Source: Antedon mediterranea
Taxonomy: Eukaryota > Animalia > Echinodermata
Direction of reading: 5' to 3'
NCBI RefSeq assembly: GCF_964355755.1
Contig: NC_092675.1
Coordinates: forward strand, 20,494,912-20,558,911
DNA length: 64,000 nucleotides
In this document: one piece after another, positions 25,137-37,900 of the stretch
Layout: every line of letters begins with the position of its first letter
Position numbering within the stretch: position 1 is the first letter of the stretch
Translations under genes and position numbers: made by a program
The notes under the pieces: generated by a model
The model's database searches: none
What the model saw: the letters and a program-made list of their open reading frames with translations, nothing else
What the model was told of the DNA's origin: nothing

Positions 25137-25889
25137 ATTTTCTTTACTTTCTAACTGTATACGTCTGTATACAGCTTCTTTCGCTGTACCCCGAGTATTG
25201 CACATTCGTGCTTGTTAAAACGTGTTCAGGTTGTTCAGTTTAATTCAAACTCAAATTTATAAAAAAAATGTAATGTCTTTACCTATAATGTTGAAAAATG
25301 TTGCTTTAACATCATCATATCGACTTCTTGTTGATAAGTCTCGCCAAATAATGAAAATAAAGAATTATCATAGTTTTAAACATAATAACATTAAACAATA
25401 CAAATGTGGGTATAACTTGATAAAGGCTCTAACAATTTCGATTGCCTTAGCTAGACTACAGTAATATAACGTGATTAATGTTCATACCTAAAATGTTAAT
25501 ATAGACTTGATTATGTCGTGTCACCATCAGAAAGTATTTATAAAAAAAATAAAAATTATTACACACTTAAAAACAAATAAATGACAGTTTGGTGGATAGA
25601 GTTGTAGTTAATAATTGTGACGCTTTTTACCTAAAATGTTGACAGCTTGGTGTCGATTGTTGATGTGTTCCCCCGTCATGTGTATCAATGAAAAACAAAA
25701 TTTAAAAATAAACACTTTATTAGTTATTGATTTTAGACGTGTATTCATTGTATACAGGCCACCACACAAATAATAATGACTGTATTACACAGCTATAAAC
25801 AAATCAATTTAACGTGTTTTATATTTTTCTGAACAGAGTTTTAGATAAAAATTACGACTGCTCTTACCTTATATTATGTTGACAACATT

Positions 25890-27460
25890 AGAATATGAAG
25901 ATAAAGTGAAGTTAATGTTAATTTGTAGATAATGTGAGAATATGAAGATAATGCAAGAATGTGAAGATAATGTGAGAATGTGAAGATAATGCGAGAATGT
26001 GAAGATAATGCAAGAATGTGAAGATAATGTGAGAATGTGAAGATAATGTGAGAATGTGAAGATAATGTGAGAATGTGAAGATAATGCGAGAATGTGAAGA
26101 TAATGCAAGAATGTGAAGATAATGTGAGAATATGAAGATAATGCAAGAATGTGAAGATAATGTGAGATTGTGAAGATAATGCAAGAATGTGAAGATAATG
26201 CGAGAATGTGAAGATAATGTGAGAATGTGAAGATAAAGTGAAGTTAATGTGAAGGTAATGTGAGAATGTGAAGATAATGCAAGAATGTGAAGATAATGTG
26301 AGAATGTGAAGATAATGTGAAGGTAATGTGAGAATGTGAAGATAATGCAAGAATGTGAAGATAATGTGAGAATGTGAAGATAAAGTGAAGTTAATGTGAA
26401 GGTAATGTGAGAATGTGAAGATAATGTGAGAATGTGAAGATAATGCGAGAATGTGAAGATAATGCAAGAATGTGAAGATAATGTGAGAATGTGAAGATAA
26501 AGTGAAGTTAATGTGAAGGTAATGTGAGAATGTGAAGATAATGTGAGAATGTGAAGATAATGCAAGAATGTGAAGATAATGTGAGAATGTGAAGATAAAG
26601 TGAAGTTAATGTGAAGATAAAGTGAAGTTAATGTGAAGGTAATGTGAGAATGTGAAGATAATGCAAGAATGTGAAGATAATGTGAGAATGTGAAGATAAA
26701 GTGAAGTTAATGTGAAGGTAATGTGAGAATGTGAAGATAATGTGAGAATGTGAAGATAATGCGAGAATGTGAAGATAATGCAAGAATGTGAAGATAATGT
26801 GAGAATGTGAAGATAAAGTGAAGTTAATGTGAAGGTAATGTGAGAATGTGAAGATAATGTGAGAATGTGAAGATGTGAGAATGTAAAGGTAATGCGAGAA
26901 TGTGAAGGTAATGCAAGAATGTAAAGATAATGCGAGAATGTGAAGATAATGTGAGAATGTGAAGATAAAGTGAAGGTAATGCAAGAATGTGAAGATAATG
27001 TGAGAATGTGAAGGTAATGCAAGAATGTGAAGATAATGTGAGAATGTGAAGATAATGTGAGAATGTGAAGGTAATGCAAGAATGTGAAGATAATGTGAGA
27101 ATGTGAAGATAATGTGAGAATGTGAAGATAATGCAAGAATGTGAAGATAATGTGAGAATGTGAAGATGTGAGAATGTGAAGATAATGCAAGAATGTGAAG
27201 ATAATGCGAGAATGTGAAGATGTGAGAATGTAAAGGTAATGCAAGAATGTGAAGATAATGTGAGAATGTGAAGGTAATGCAAGAATGTGAAGGTAATGCG
27301 AGAATGTGAAAGTTATGCAAGAGTGTGAAGATAATGTGAAGGTAATGCAAGAATGTGAAGATAATGCAAGCATGTGATGATAATGTGAGAATGTGAAGAT
27401 AATGTGAGAATGGGAAGATAATGCGAATGTGAGAATTAGAAGATAATGCGAGAATGAGAA
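25890..27460. repeat. 19-bp minisatellite (tgagaatgtgaagataatg) with variant units
   Basis: Direct inspection; variants gca/gcg and an aaagtgaagttaatgtgaaggt sub-unit; source of the His/Ile/Ser-rich minus-strand ORFs. Confidence 0.97.
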
Positions 27461-27735
27461 AATATTGCCCTTGCTGAAAATCTTCTGATTGATAGTAATA
27501 TAATACACATACATAAAAAACAACTAATTATTTTAATACAAAAGTATAATTAATAATACAATTTCTTTATTTGTGTTTTAATCATCTTCACACTATTTTC
27601 TCACAACTTATGTTTTTATATTTTTGCTTTGTCTATCGTTTCCAGTAATTTGTATTTATAATAAAAACATTTACAATAACTACAATTCACAATTATAATT
27701 TTAATACATAAAATGTTTTGAATTCATTTGAGAAT

Positions 27736-27811
27736 TCATTTAAATTCTTCATCATTTATATCATAATCTTTCATTGCCTTCTCTAAGAAAAGCCATCGTC
27801 CAAGAACGCCA
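27736..27811 (-). pseudogene. Duplicated 3' fragment of TIMM29 (last 24 codons plus stop; 3'UTR follows)
   Basis: GVLGRWLFLEKAMKDYDINDEEFK* identical to 33448-33523, truncated at the duplication junction. Confidence 0.9.
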
Positions 27812-30223
27812 TAATTAAATAATTAATAATAGAGTAAGAGCATTTTTTAAACAAGCATGGCTATTGCTTTCCCCAGGTACATACATTTTTTGTCTATCTT
27901 ATTCTTCTTTCTTTCCCGGAATTTTATTGGCAACGTATCTCTAATTCTGGTCAACATATGATTGTATAACTTTGTCATAAGATTGACCTGTAGCTGTAGA
28001 TGTGCAAGAAACTTCGTTATATGACGTTGATTTATACCATTTGCGCGCGTTTTAGTTGAAAAAGTTAGAAATATTGTCAAAATAATGCCAATTTTGAATC
28101 TATTATAGCTCCTCAGTTTTCTGGAAGCATGTCATAGGATGGCATAATAATTGTCGACGTTTATAATAGTTTAACGTATGTGCATGTTGCATTTCCGCGG
28201 ATAACCCGAACTCGTCAAAGTGACGAGTTTAAATCTAGTTATTGTTATTATTTAAAATATTAAACTACTACTATAAACGGTAGATCTTTGTAGTAATGAT
28301 AGTGTTAAATTAACAAGTTATAGGCCTAGGTTATTCATAGAAATACATTGTACTAATATTAATAAAAACTAATATTTCATTTTAATAGTAAGTTAATCTA
28401 TTATAATAGTTGAGACGATTTTGAAATTATAACACTTCTAGATGGTCGATTGGTTGGTTGGAAACTGAGGTACTAGCCTATTAAAGGGTGACATTTTCAC
28501 CATAGGCCTATTTTGAGTAAAAGCGTCACAACATAGCGCTTCGCGCAAGACGTGATCGTTTGTGCACATGGCGGAAAAAGGTGCTTGTCCAGGGCCGTCG
28601 ACAGGACCTGTGGCGAAGCGAACCTTGTTAAATGACGCCCAAGATGCCCGGAAATGGTACCGTACTCTCGCGCACATAAAATTCATGATAAATAGCACCT
28701 CTAATTTGAAGGAAAATACACTCTCAAATGTAGCATGCTACCAATGAGCAAAACGATCATACCTTTTCCCTCTAATCACGTGACTAATTACAGAATGATA
28801 TATAACATTTTGTTGCCGATTTCATTCACTTCAGTATTTAACAATTGCGTTGCGGTCAGTTCAATGCGAACGTACATTTAGGGGAAGCCCCGAAAAAAGA
28901 GCAAATTTTAATGCTTTTTATAGCTCAATATTTATTTACATCAATTTGTAGAAGAAATTAAATATATAGAAAAAAATCGATTGCTATAATGTATATACTA
29001 CATCACACAGTTACCAGTTAGTGTACTATATTATTATTAACATATTTATTTATTTATTCTCATATTAGGCAAATTGCCAAGGATAACCAAAAGTGAATTT
29101 ATTCACTATCCTTCTCAAAGGTGGCAATCCCATTCACATGACAAACATATACACAAGATGCTCTAAATAAACAAAGACTTAATATTCTTTGGGAGTGGAG
29201 TTGTTAATTTTCATGAGAAAAAAACCCTGACATATGACATGACTTGAACCCAGGAGCCTTAGATTTGTAGCCAAGCATCATAACCACAGCTCCACTTCTA
29301 TCATAACCACCAAGCCACAGCTCCACTTCTAAAATGTCCAGGGGATTCAATCATTTTAGGCATACCAGCTAAAATACCACGATTCTATATTCTCATCTTT
29401 CATTCTGTTACATATACACCACCTAAATAAATACATTCAAATGTTACAGATACTTAAATGTGCTATTGGTTATGTTTGCATGTAAATTTTCTGGTGCATC
29501 CAGCAAAAAGATTTTGCTTCGGCCGATTTTCATTTAAGAAAAGAATAAAAAGTCCTCTTTGATAATATATACAGTAACTTGATGAGTTTGTAAGATAGTT
29601 CCATCAAAACGTATTCATGAAAAGACAAGACAGATAAAATAAATGCCATATCTGTAAGCAAGGTAAGACTCAACGTTAAAGTAACAACTAGTCTGTGGTC
29701 ACTTGGTATTACCTTCTTGGGTATAGGTTCCAGTACATGAAAAGAAAAAATAATTATAAAGTGTAAACAAAATACATATTTGCATGGTTAAAATTTCACA
29801 AGCTAGACTCGAATTTAACTGTGGCTGGTGGTTGCACCTGAAATATTACAACACCATCTTAAAATTATTGGTGATGAGTTGTTTCCCGTAGATGAAAAGA
29901 AAAAAATATATAAAGTATAAACAAAATACATAATTGTATTGTTGAAATGTCACAATCTAGACTTGAATTTAACTGTGACTGGTTGTTTTACCTGAAATAT
30001 TAAAACCCCATCTTTAAATTCTTGGTTATGAATTTGCGAATTCATAAAAAGAAAAAAAGAATTTCAAAGTATAAACAAAACAAGCATTTATATATTTGTA
30101 AAACGTTTAATTTAATTTTAAAAGCTAAAATGGAATTTTCAAACATCAACCGTCAGTGGTTGTATTTACCTAAAATGTAATGTAAAACGCATAGGCTAAT
30201 TCAACTAGCATTTGTAGGCTATA

Positions 30224-30928
30224 TTTTTACTCGGGGTACCCGAGTCTAGTACTTACTCATTTTCTCCTTCTCTTCCTCCATCTGGACACTATTGAGTAAA
30301 AAGTGCGATTTTTAAAGTACTACTCCTCCCTTATTCGTTATAGTATTGAGCTGGGATTTGGCATGAACATACTACAGGGACATGTCCTCAAAGCTATAGA
30401 GCCGGATTTTTAATTTTTTGTTAATTAATTTGTTTAATTAAGAAGCCACAATGTGTGACACACACCACAGCGTTATGTAGTTATATGGTTATATGCGGAT
30501 TCTTGGCGTAGTGGTTATCACGTTTGCTAAACACGCAGAAGGTACCTGGTTCGAGGACGAAACCTTTTTTTTAAACTTTATGGTGAAAAGTACTGTATAC
30601 GCAATATGATAATTATACAGAGTATATCTTATTTTTATTATTTTTTAAAATACTTATTTTGTGTAATCGGTAATTATCACTTTTACACATGTTTATTTTG
30701 CTTTGTGCTTATTACCATTTATTTGTAATTTAAATGGATTAAAAAACTTTCTGTAACCCACATTTTTAATGTAAGAGGTTTCGTAGTGTAGTGGTTGTCA
30801 AGTCTGCTTAACACGCAGAAGGTCCCGGTTTGAGCCCTGGCGAAACCTATTTTCTTTACTTTCTAACTGTATACGTCTGTATACAGCTTCTTTCGCTGTA
30901 CCCCGAGTATTGCACATTCGTGCTTGTT
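30224..30928 (+). mobile_element. Duplicated copy of the tRNA-Val-carrying HINE (tRNA-like at 30497-30564 and 30777-30848)
   Basis: Same sequence as 24512-25216 at +5712. Confidence 0.72.
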
Positions 30929-31601
30929 AAAACGTGTTCAGGTTGTTCAGTTTAATTCAAACTCAAATTTATAAAAAAAATGTAATGTCTTTACCTATAA
31001 TGTTGAAAAATGTTGCTTTAACATCATCATATCGACTTCTTGTTGATAAGTCTCGCCAAATAATGAAAATAAAGAATTATCATAGTTTTAAACATAATAA
31101 CATTAAACAATACAAATGTGGGTATAACTTGATAAAGGCTCTAACAATTTCGATTGCCTTAGCTAGACTACAGTAATATAACGTGATTAATGTTCATACC
31201 TAAAATGTTAATATAGACTTGATTATGTCGTGTCACCATCAGAAAGTATTTATAAAAAAAATAAAAATTATTACACACTTAAAAACAAATAAATGACAGT
31301 TTGGTGGATAGAGTTGTAGTTAATAATTGTGACGCTTTTTACCTAAAATGTTGACAGCTTGGTGTCGATTGTTGATGTGTTCCCCCGTCATGTGTATCAA
31401 TGAAAAACAAAATTTAAAAATAAACACTTTATTAGTTATTGATTTTAGACGTGTATTCATTGTATACAGGCCACCACACAAATAATAATGACTGTATTAC
31501 ACAGCTATAAACAAATCAATTTAACGTGTTTTATATTTTTCTGAACAGAGTTTTAGATAAAAATTACGACTGCTCTTACCTTATATTATGTTGACAACAT
31601 T

Positions 31602-33172
31602 AGAATATGAAGATAAAGTGAAGTTAATGTTAATTTGTAGATAATGTGAGAATATGAAGATAATGCAAGAATGTGAAGATAATGTGAGAATGTGAAGATA
31701 ATGCGAGAATGTGAAGATAATGCAAGAATGTGAAGATAATGTGAGAATGTGAAGATAATGTGAGAATGTGAAGATAATGTGAGAATGTGAAGATAATGCG
31801 AGAATGTGAAGATAATGCAAGAATGTGAAGATAATGTGAGAATATGAAGATAATGCAAGAATGTGAAGATAATGTGAGATTGTGAAGATAATGCAAGAAT
31901 GTGAAGATAATGCGAGAATGTGAAGATAATGTGAGAATGTGAAGATAAAGTGAAGTTAATGTGAAGGTAATGTGAGAATGTGAAGATAATGCAAGAATGT
32001 GAAGATAATGTGAGAATGTGAAGATAATGTGAAGGTAATGTGAGAATGTGAAGATAATGCAAGAATGTGAAGATAATGTGAGAATGTGAAGATAAAGTGA
32101 AGTTAATGTGAAGGTAATGTGAGAATGTGAAGATAATGTGAGAATGTGAAGATAATGCGAGAATGTGAAGATAATGCAAGAATGTGAAGATAATGTGAGA
32201 ATGTGAAGATAAAGTGAAGTTAATGTGAAGGTAATGTGAGAATGTGAAGATAATGTGAGAATGTGAAGATAATGCAAGAATGTGAAGATAATGTGAGAAT
32301 GTGAAGATAAAGTGAAGTTAATGTGAAGATAAAGTGAAGTTAATGTGAAGGTAATGTGAGAATGTGAAGATAATGCAAGAATGTGAAGATAATGTGAGAA
32401 TGTGAAGATAAAGTGAAGTTAATGTGAAGGTAATGTGAGAATGTGAAGATAATGTGAGAATGTGAAGATAATGCGAGAATGTGAAGATAATGCAAGAATG
32501 TGAAGATAATGTGAGAATGTGAAGATAAAGTGAAGTTAATGTGAAGGTAATGTGAGAATGTGAAGATAATGTGAGAATGTGAAGATGTGAGAATGTAAAG
32601 GTAATGCGAGAATGTGAAGGTAATGCAAGAATGTAAAGATAATGCGAGAATGTGAAGATAATGTGAGAATGTGAAGATAAAGTGAAGGTAATGCAAGAAT
32701 GTGAAGATAATGTGAGAATGTGAAGGTAATGCAAGAATGTGAAGATAATGTGAGAATGTGAAGATAATGTGAGAATGTGAAGGTAATGCAAGAATGTGAA
32801 GATAATGTGAGAATGTGAAGATAATGTGAGAATGTGAAGATAATGCAAGAATGTGAAGATAATGTGAGAATGTGAAGATGTGAGAATGTGAAGATAATGC
32901 AAGAATGTGAAGATAATGCGAGAATGTGAAGATGTGAGAATGTAAAGGTAATGCAAGAATGTGAAGATAATGTGAGAATGTGAAGGTAATGCAAGAATGT
33001 GAAGGTAATGCGAGAATGTGAAAGTTATGCAAGAGTGTGAAGATAATGTGAAGGTAATGCAAGAATGTGAAGATAATGCAAGCATGTGATGATAATGTGA
33101 GAATGTGAAGATAATGTGAGAATGGGAAGATAATGCGAATGTGAGAATTAGAAGATAATGCGAGAATGAGAA
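31602..33172. repeat. Duplicated copy of the 19-bp minisatellite
   Basis: Same variant order as 25890-27460. Confidence 0.97.
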
Positions 33173-33447
33173 AATATTGCCCTTGCTGAAAATCTTCTGA
33201 TTGATAGTAATATAATACACATACATAAAAAACAACTAATTATTTTAATACAAAAGTATAATTAATAATACAATTTCTTTATTTGTGTTTTAATCATCTT
33301 CACACTATTTTCTCACAACTTATGTTTTTATATTTTTGCTTTGTCTATCGTTTCCAGTAATTTGTATTTATAATAAAAACATTTACAATAACTACAATTC
33401 ACAATTATAATTTTAATACATAAAATGTTTTGAATTCATTTGAGAAT

Positions 33448-34506
33448 TCATTTAAATTCTTCATCATTTATATCATAATCTTTCATTGCCTTCTCTAAGA
33501 AAAGCCATCGTCCAAGAACGCCAACATCCAAATAACGGTCATACAAATCCAACCACCCAACAGACAAATGCTTGCAGTTTGCATTATACAGTGAAACTTC
33601 ACTTCCGTAATTATCATACCATATTAAGCTGAAGAACACAAAATTCTGGCGTCGAATCATGTTTTTACTCCTGTATTTTAATAACATTTGCACATGGTTA
33701 TTTGATTGCAAGTTCCTGGTTCGATCACCTACAAGGAGCAGATCATTGGACGCTTCACAGAGTTCTTGATTGAAGAATTCTAAACTGGGGTTACGGTGAG
33801 CTGCATAACCTAAACTGGCAGCAGCTATAAGGTAGATGCTTGCTTTTATCGGCCTAGCTTTCGCATCACTTACAGTATCTTTGGCAACATTTTTGTAGTC
33901 CAAGGCAAGTGCTTTCAGGTATTCACCTATTACATTGAAACAAAAAATAATAATATTATAGAGAATACATAGGCCTAGAGCTTAGTAATAGTATTATTAA
34001 TTATTATGATTAAGATACAGTAGGCCTTCTTTGTAGGCCTAGCCTAAATGAATTTAAATACTATTAATAATAATAATAATTAATATCTTATCTTTGTTAA
34101 AGTTATGTCTAAAAAAAAATAAATTTAGCCTATGTATTGAGTTTTCTAATAATAATACAGTACTCGGCGTTAATTAACTAAAAAAGCAGAGAAGTATAAA
34201 ATGTGCATTGGGGCGAAATGACTCGATACTGTACTAATACTGTTAGTTTTCCCATTTCATCGCGGGTTATCAATCATATCGATCATACGGAGCCTAGCCT
34301 GGCTGCATGGTAGGTTGAGTGAGTGGGGCTTACCTATCTAACATATTAAACAATGCCGAGCTCTGTATATATCATCATTGGATAAGGGATCATGTCATAT
34401 TTAAAAGGGTAAGATATTACTAGAATTATTTACCTAGTTTTTGGAGCTGCCGACCGAAAAATCCTCCACCTGACTTCCACATTCTCAATTTCATGGAAGC
34501 AGCCAT
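33448..34506 (-). CDS. TIMM29: TIM22 complex subunit Tim29, 183 aa. Exons 34506-34434 and 33926-33448
   Basis: Basic presequence MAASMKLRMWKSGGGFFGRQLQKLG, then EYLKALALDYKNVAKDTVSDAKARPIKASIY...NDLLLV...RYLDVGVLGRWLFLEKAMKDYDINDEEF, matching the Tim29 family; phase-1 GT-AG intron. Confidence 0.88.
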
Positions 34507-34983
34507 CTTTTTGTGAACATAGGTCGCGAGAGGGCAGCAAACATAGATGGCAGCATCACATACTGTACACTACCAAATACTTTTTTTTAAGAAGATGGGA
34601 AATGCCAACCGCGGTGGTTTGTTGACTTTTTGCAGGCCTACCCTTTTGCCCAGGCCTATTTCCTATGTGTCATTTATAACCAATTGTAAGGGACATTTTT
34701 GCTTTATCCGCCAGTGACTCAAGGTATCTTCTGTAGGTTAAGAAATTAATAAACTTATAAAATATTGGCCCTACTACTCATGAGTCACATGGTTTTTCAG
34801 TAGTATACGTCATTAAGCAACCAGGACTTTGAACATCAGTTTTATTTATTTTGAATGCAAAATGTAGCATTTGTTGTTTAATCGCAGAAAGGAAGAAGCT
34901 GAGTGAGTGAACTAAGGTTCTGGCTATCATCATCATCAGACAGGAGAGACAAGCTGGCAGAAAGAGAGTAAATAATTGTTGAA
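34500..34983. promoter_or_regulatory. Probable bidirectional promoter between TIMM29 and the TMEM8 gene
   Basis: Divergent ATGs at 34506 and 34984; YY1-like gccatcttt overlapping the TIMM29 ATG; tcgcgaga motif; two tandem agrkggcagca motifs. Confidence 0.5.
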
Positions 34984-37900
34984 ATGTCTTCAATTATTTG
35001 GCATTTTGGTGTTTTGCTGCTTCTTATTCCAACAGAATTTTGTTTATGTACGTATTAATTAAATAATAATCTTCTTTGTTTTACAGTCAATATTATAAAT
35101 ATTAAATTTTACTGTATTTATACAAAACACACCTTCGTTGAAGAATAAAATACCCTCTTTGAATATTAAACGTCTGCCATAAATATTGTTTGGAATAAAT
35201 ACCTCCCTCGAATAAACAATAACTGTTCCTGCATTATTCAAATACTGGTAAATACGGTAATAACTTTTGGGCAAATTGACAATCAATACAGCCAACCAAA
35301 ATGGTATAGATTGTTTGTAATTATTTTCTATCCGCACGTTTGTGTGTGTTCAATTGCCACAGATCTAGTTCTCTGTTTCCGATAATACCAATAAACTGAT
35401 ATCCTTTACACCAAATACTGTAGTCCCCGATAAAATATAACTAATTTACATGCATGGAGATCGACTGAACTGTTTTTGGGCAACTAACTTTCGATGCAGT
35501 CAACCATGCAAATGGTATGGTCAAATGTGCATTTTATTTATTATTTTTAAATTACACGCATACATGACATGACATGGCCTTAATCTTTTTTAGGTTCTCC
35601 AAGCAGTGCTTACACCCTTATGTACCAAGAAAGCAAGAAACTCCGTACCTATAGCAACTATCATAACATTGGGTTGTTTCACTTCCCAGTTCAATCGGAG
35701 GTCAATATTATGTGTATGGTGTTTACGCAACTAGTAAGTGATGTGAAAAATTGCGATGCTATTGACCTGACGGTGTAAGTATTTTTTTTTGTAGACATTC
35801 TGAATTCTGTGAGAGAATGAGTTCTATGGCGCTTTAAATATTTTTGAGCCACTGTGGTGGACAGACGTAATGGCGCCATAGTTGGTTGCCGGTGACAGGT
35901 TGGAACTCTTAGGGGAGAAGAATTCTGTTGAAAAGATGTAAAATCTAAGTCCACAGTGCTCTGATCTTAATGAACTGGCTCTATATAAATGTCTCATTAC
36001 ATTACACTTGAGTGCTCAACATTAATAAATTCTTAATTTAATTTTTGTTTTCACAGAGAAATACATCAAGGTAGTTTTCCAGTAGTCAATCCAGATGGAT
36101 CATCATTTCCAGATAACACCTACCTACGACCATCAGAAGTCGACCAACAATCCATGAAGTCTAATATGACGTTAGTGTTTGACAATCCTACCCCTGGCTA
36201 CTGGTTCTTAGGGGCGTATATCAAATCTGATGGAAATGATCGTATCAAACAGGAGGTAAGAAGAAGAACACTATCAAACTTTATGTGACAAAAAAATGTG
36301 ATGTGTCCATATATGGACATGGAGATGTCATACTACTACCATATTTGGGTATATCACTAACATATTTGGGCACATCACACTCTTTTCGTCAAACTATAGT
36401 ATAGACAGAGCTTTCAGCTTGGTTCAAACTTGAATGCAACCCAATGACATACTGTAGGCGCAACGCAAGTGAGTTGACCAAGCAACAGATAATCTATTGC
36501 GTAGTGATTGGTGTTATGTTCTTGCGCTGCATCCAAGTGAGAACAAAGCTTAAATCATTGGTAAGCAAATATCTTCACCAATCCACTAATATCAGTTCAG
36601 TTTTATTCGGTTCACTCAAAAATACAAAGACAAACATAAAATATAAAAAAGCACAAGATAACAATATTAATAGAATGAACCGAGGAATAACCCAAGAAAG
36701 TTTAAAAGAAAACTTATTTCCATTGGGGTCCTCAGACATAAAAATAACACTGATTATCGCCCTAAGACTACTAAATATGTTTACATATCCTTGTTAGTTT
36801 TTAAGACCAGACTGTTTTTGGATCCTAGGAGTTCTAGACTCTATCCTTTGATTACTTAATTGACAATATGTAATGACAAATTCATTTTTATGTCTACATC
36901 TTTTTGTTTTTATTGTACAGGGCCTTGGGAAGGATTGTGAATATGGGATAGAAGTACAGATGTTAAGTATTCTTGAGGCTGATATTACAACACTTATAGA
37001 CTCAGCTCTTGTTGAAGATTCATTAGATGCTGCTCGCAATGCTACCATGTTTAGGTACACTATGCAAGATAATCGTGGGAGATTCCCGACATTTCGGGTC
37101 ATCCTCACACCTCCTGCTAGGGTGCAATTTGTTGTTATTGCTTTGGAACGAAACAATTATTCCTATAATGTTTACATAAATAAATTACTAAAATTAAAAC
37201 AACTTTGTTGCACTCTACAAACGGTTTCACGATGGTGATAACAATCATTATATTACAATATCATTATATATACTGTATATTAATATTCAGGTGTTCTATA
37301 ATTCTAAATTTATTATTTAGTCTCTAATACTAGGTCTTAAGGTCTGTCTAAACTATAACTAGTTTGACAAAAAAAGTGTAATGTGCCCAAATATGGTAGT
37401 AGGGATATGCTATAAAATATGGTAGTGATATGACATCATCATGTCCATATATGGGCACATCACATTTTTTTGTCACATAAAGTTAGTGTAGACAAGGCTT
37501 TAGTTTGTTTAACAACATGAAAACACATTTCACATTTACATACTCGAGTGGAAGCCTAAAATTGGTTTATTTTGAATTTGTAGAGCGCCTTGTCTTGTTT
37601 GGCCATACTTCACTTTTCCAACCTTTTGTGATTTTTAGTTACTGTACCATAAAACTCTTACTTACTTTTTCAGATATTTTGTTGCGCCCACGATTGGAAG
37701 CATTAAATTCATGGTCAGTGGTTGTCATGTGAAACACCAAGATGGTAAAATCGATGAAGCGTGTCCCCTGAACATAACCACACGTGCAAATGCATTACCA
37801 ATGAACGTAGGCTCAGTATACTGTAACTCGTCCGCAGTAAAGGATGATGGTGAATGTCAAATAGACGTCCAATATCCAGAGACTAAAGTGTGGTATTATT

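Larger units (their letters stand above)
24512..25216 (+). mobile_element. Helentron-associated (HINE/DINE-1-like) non-autonomous element carrying two tRNA-Val-like sequences
   Basis: 5' subTIR tactcggggtac (24516-24527) with adjacent inverted repeat and a CT-rich tract; exact complement gtaccccgagta (25186-25197); 3' stem-loop gcac-attc-gtgc; T-rich ends. Confidence 0.72.
22105..27811. repeat. Copy 1 of a 5,712-bp-period tandem segmental duplication
   Basis: Every ORF and repeat recurs at +5712; no differences seen by eye. Confidence 0.95.
27817..33523. repeat. Copy 2 of the tandem duplication, continuous with intact TIMM29
   Basis: Matches 22105-27811; 5-nt junction insert taatt at 27812-27816. 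Confidence 0.95.

Noticed and set aside
27790-27812. New ATG created at the duplication junction on the minus strand
   Set aside because: Out of frame with the TIMM29 fragment and terminates after 9 codons
25869-33235. Many His/Ile/Ser-rich minus-strand ORFs
   Set aside because: Artefacts of the 19-bp minisatellite in both duplicate copies; all three frames give the same cyclic peptide
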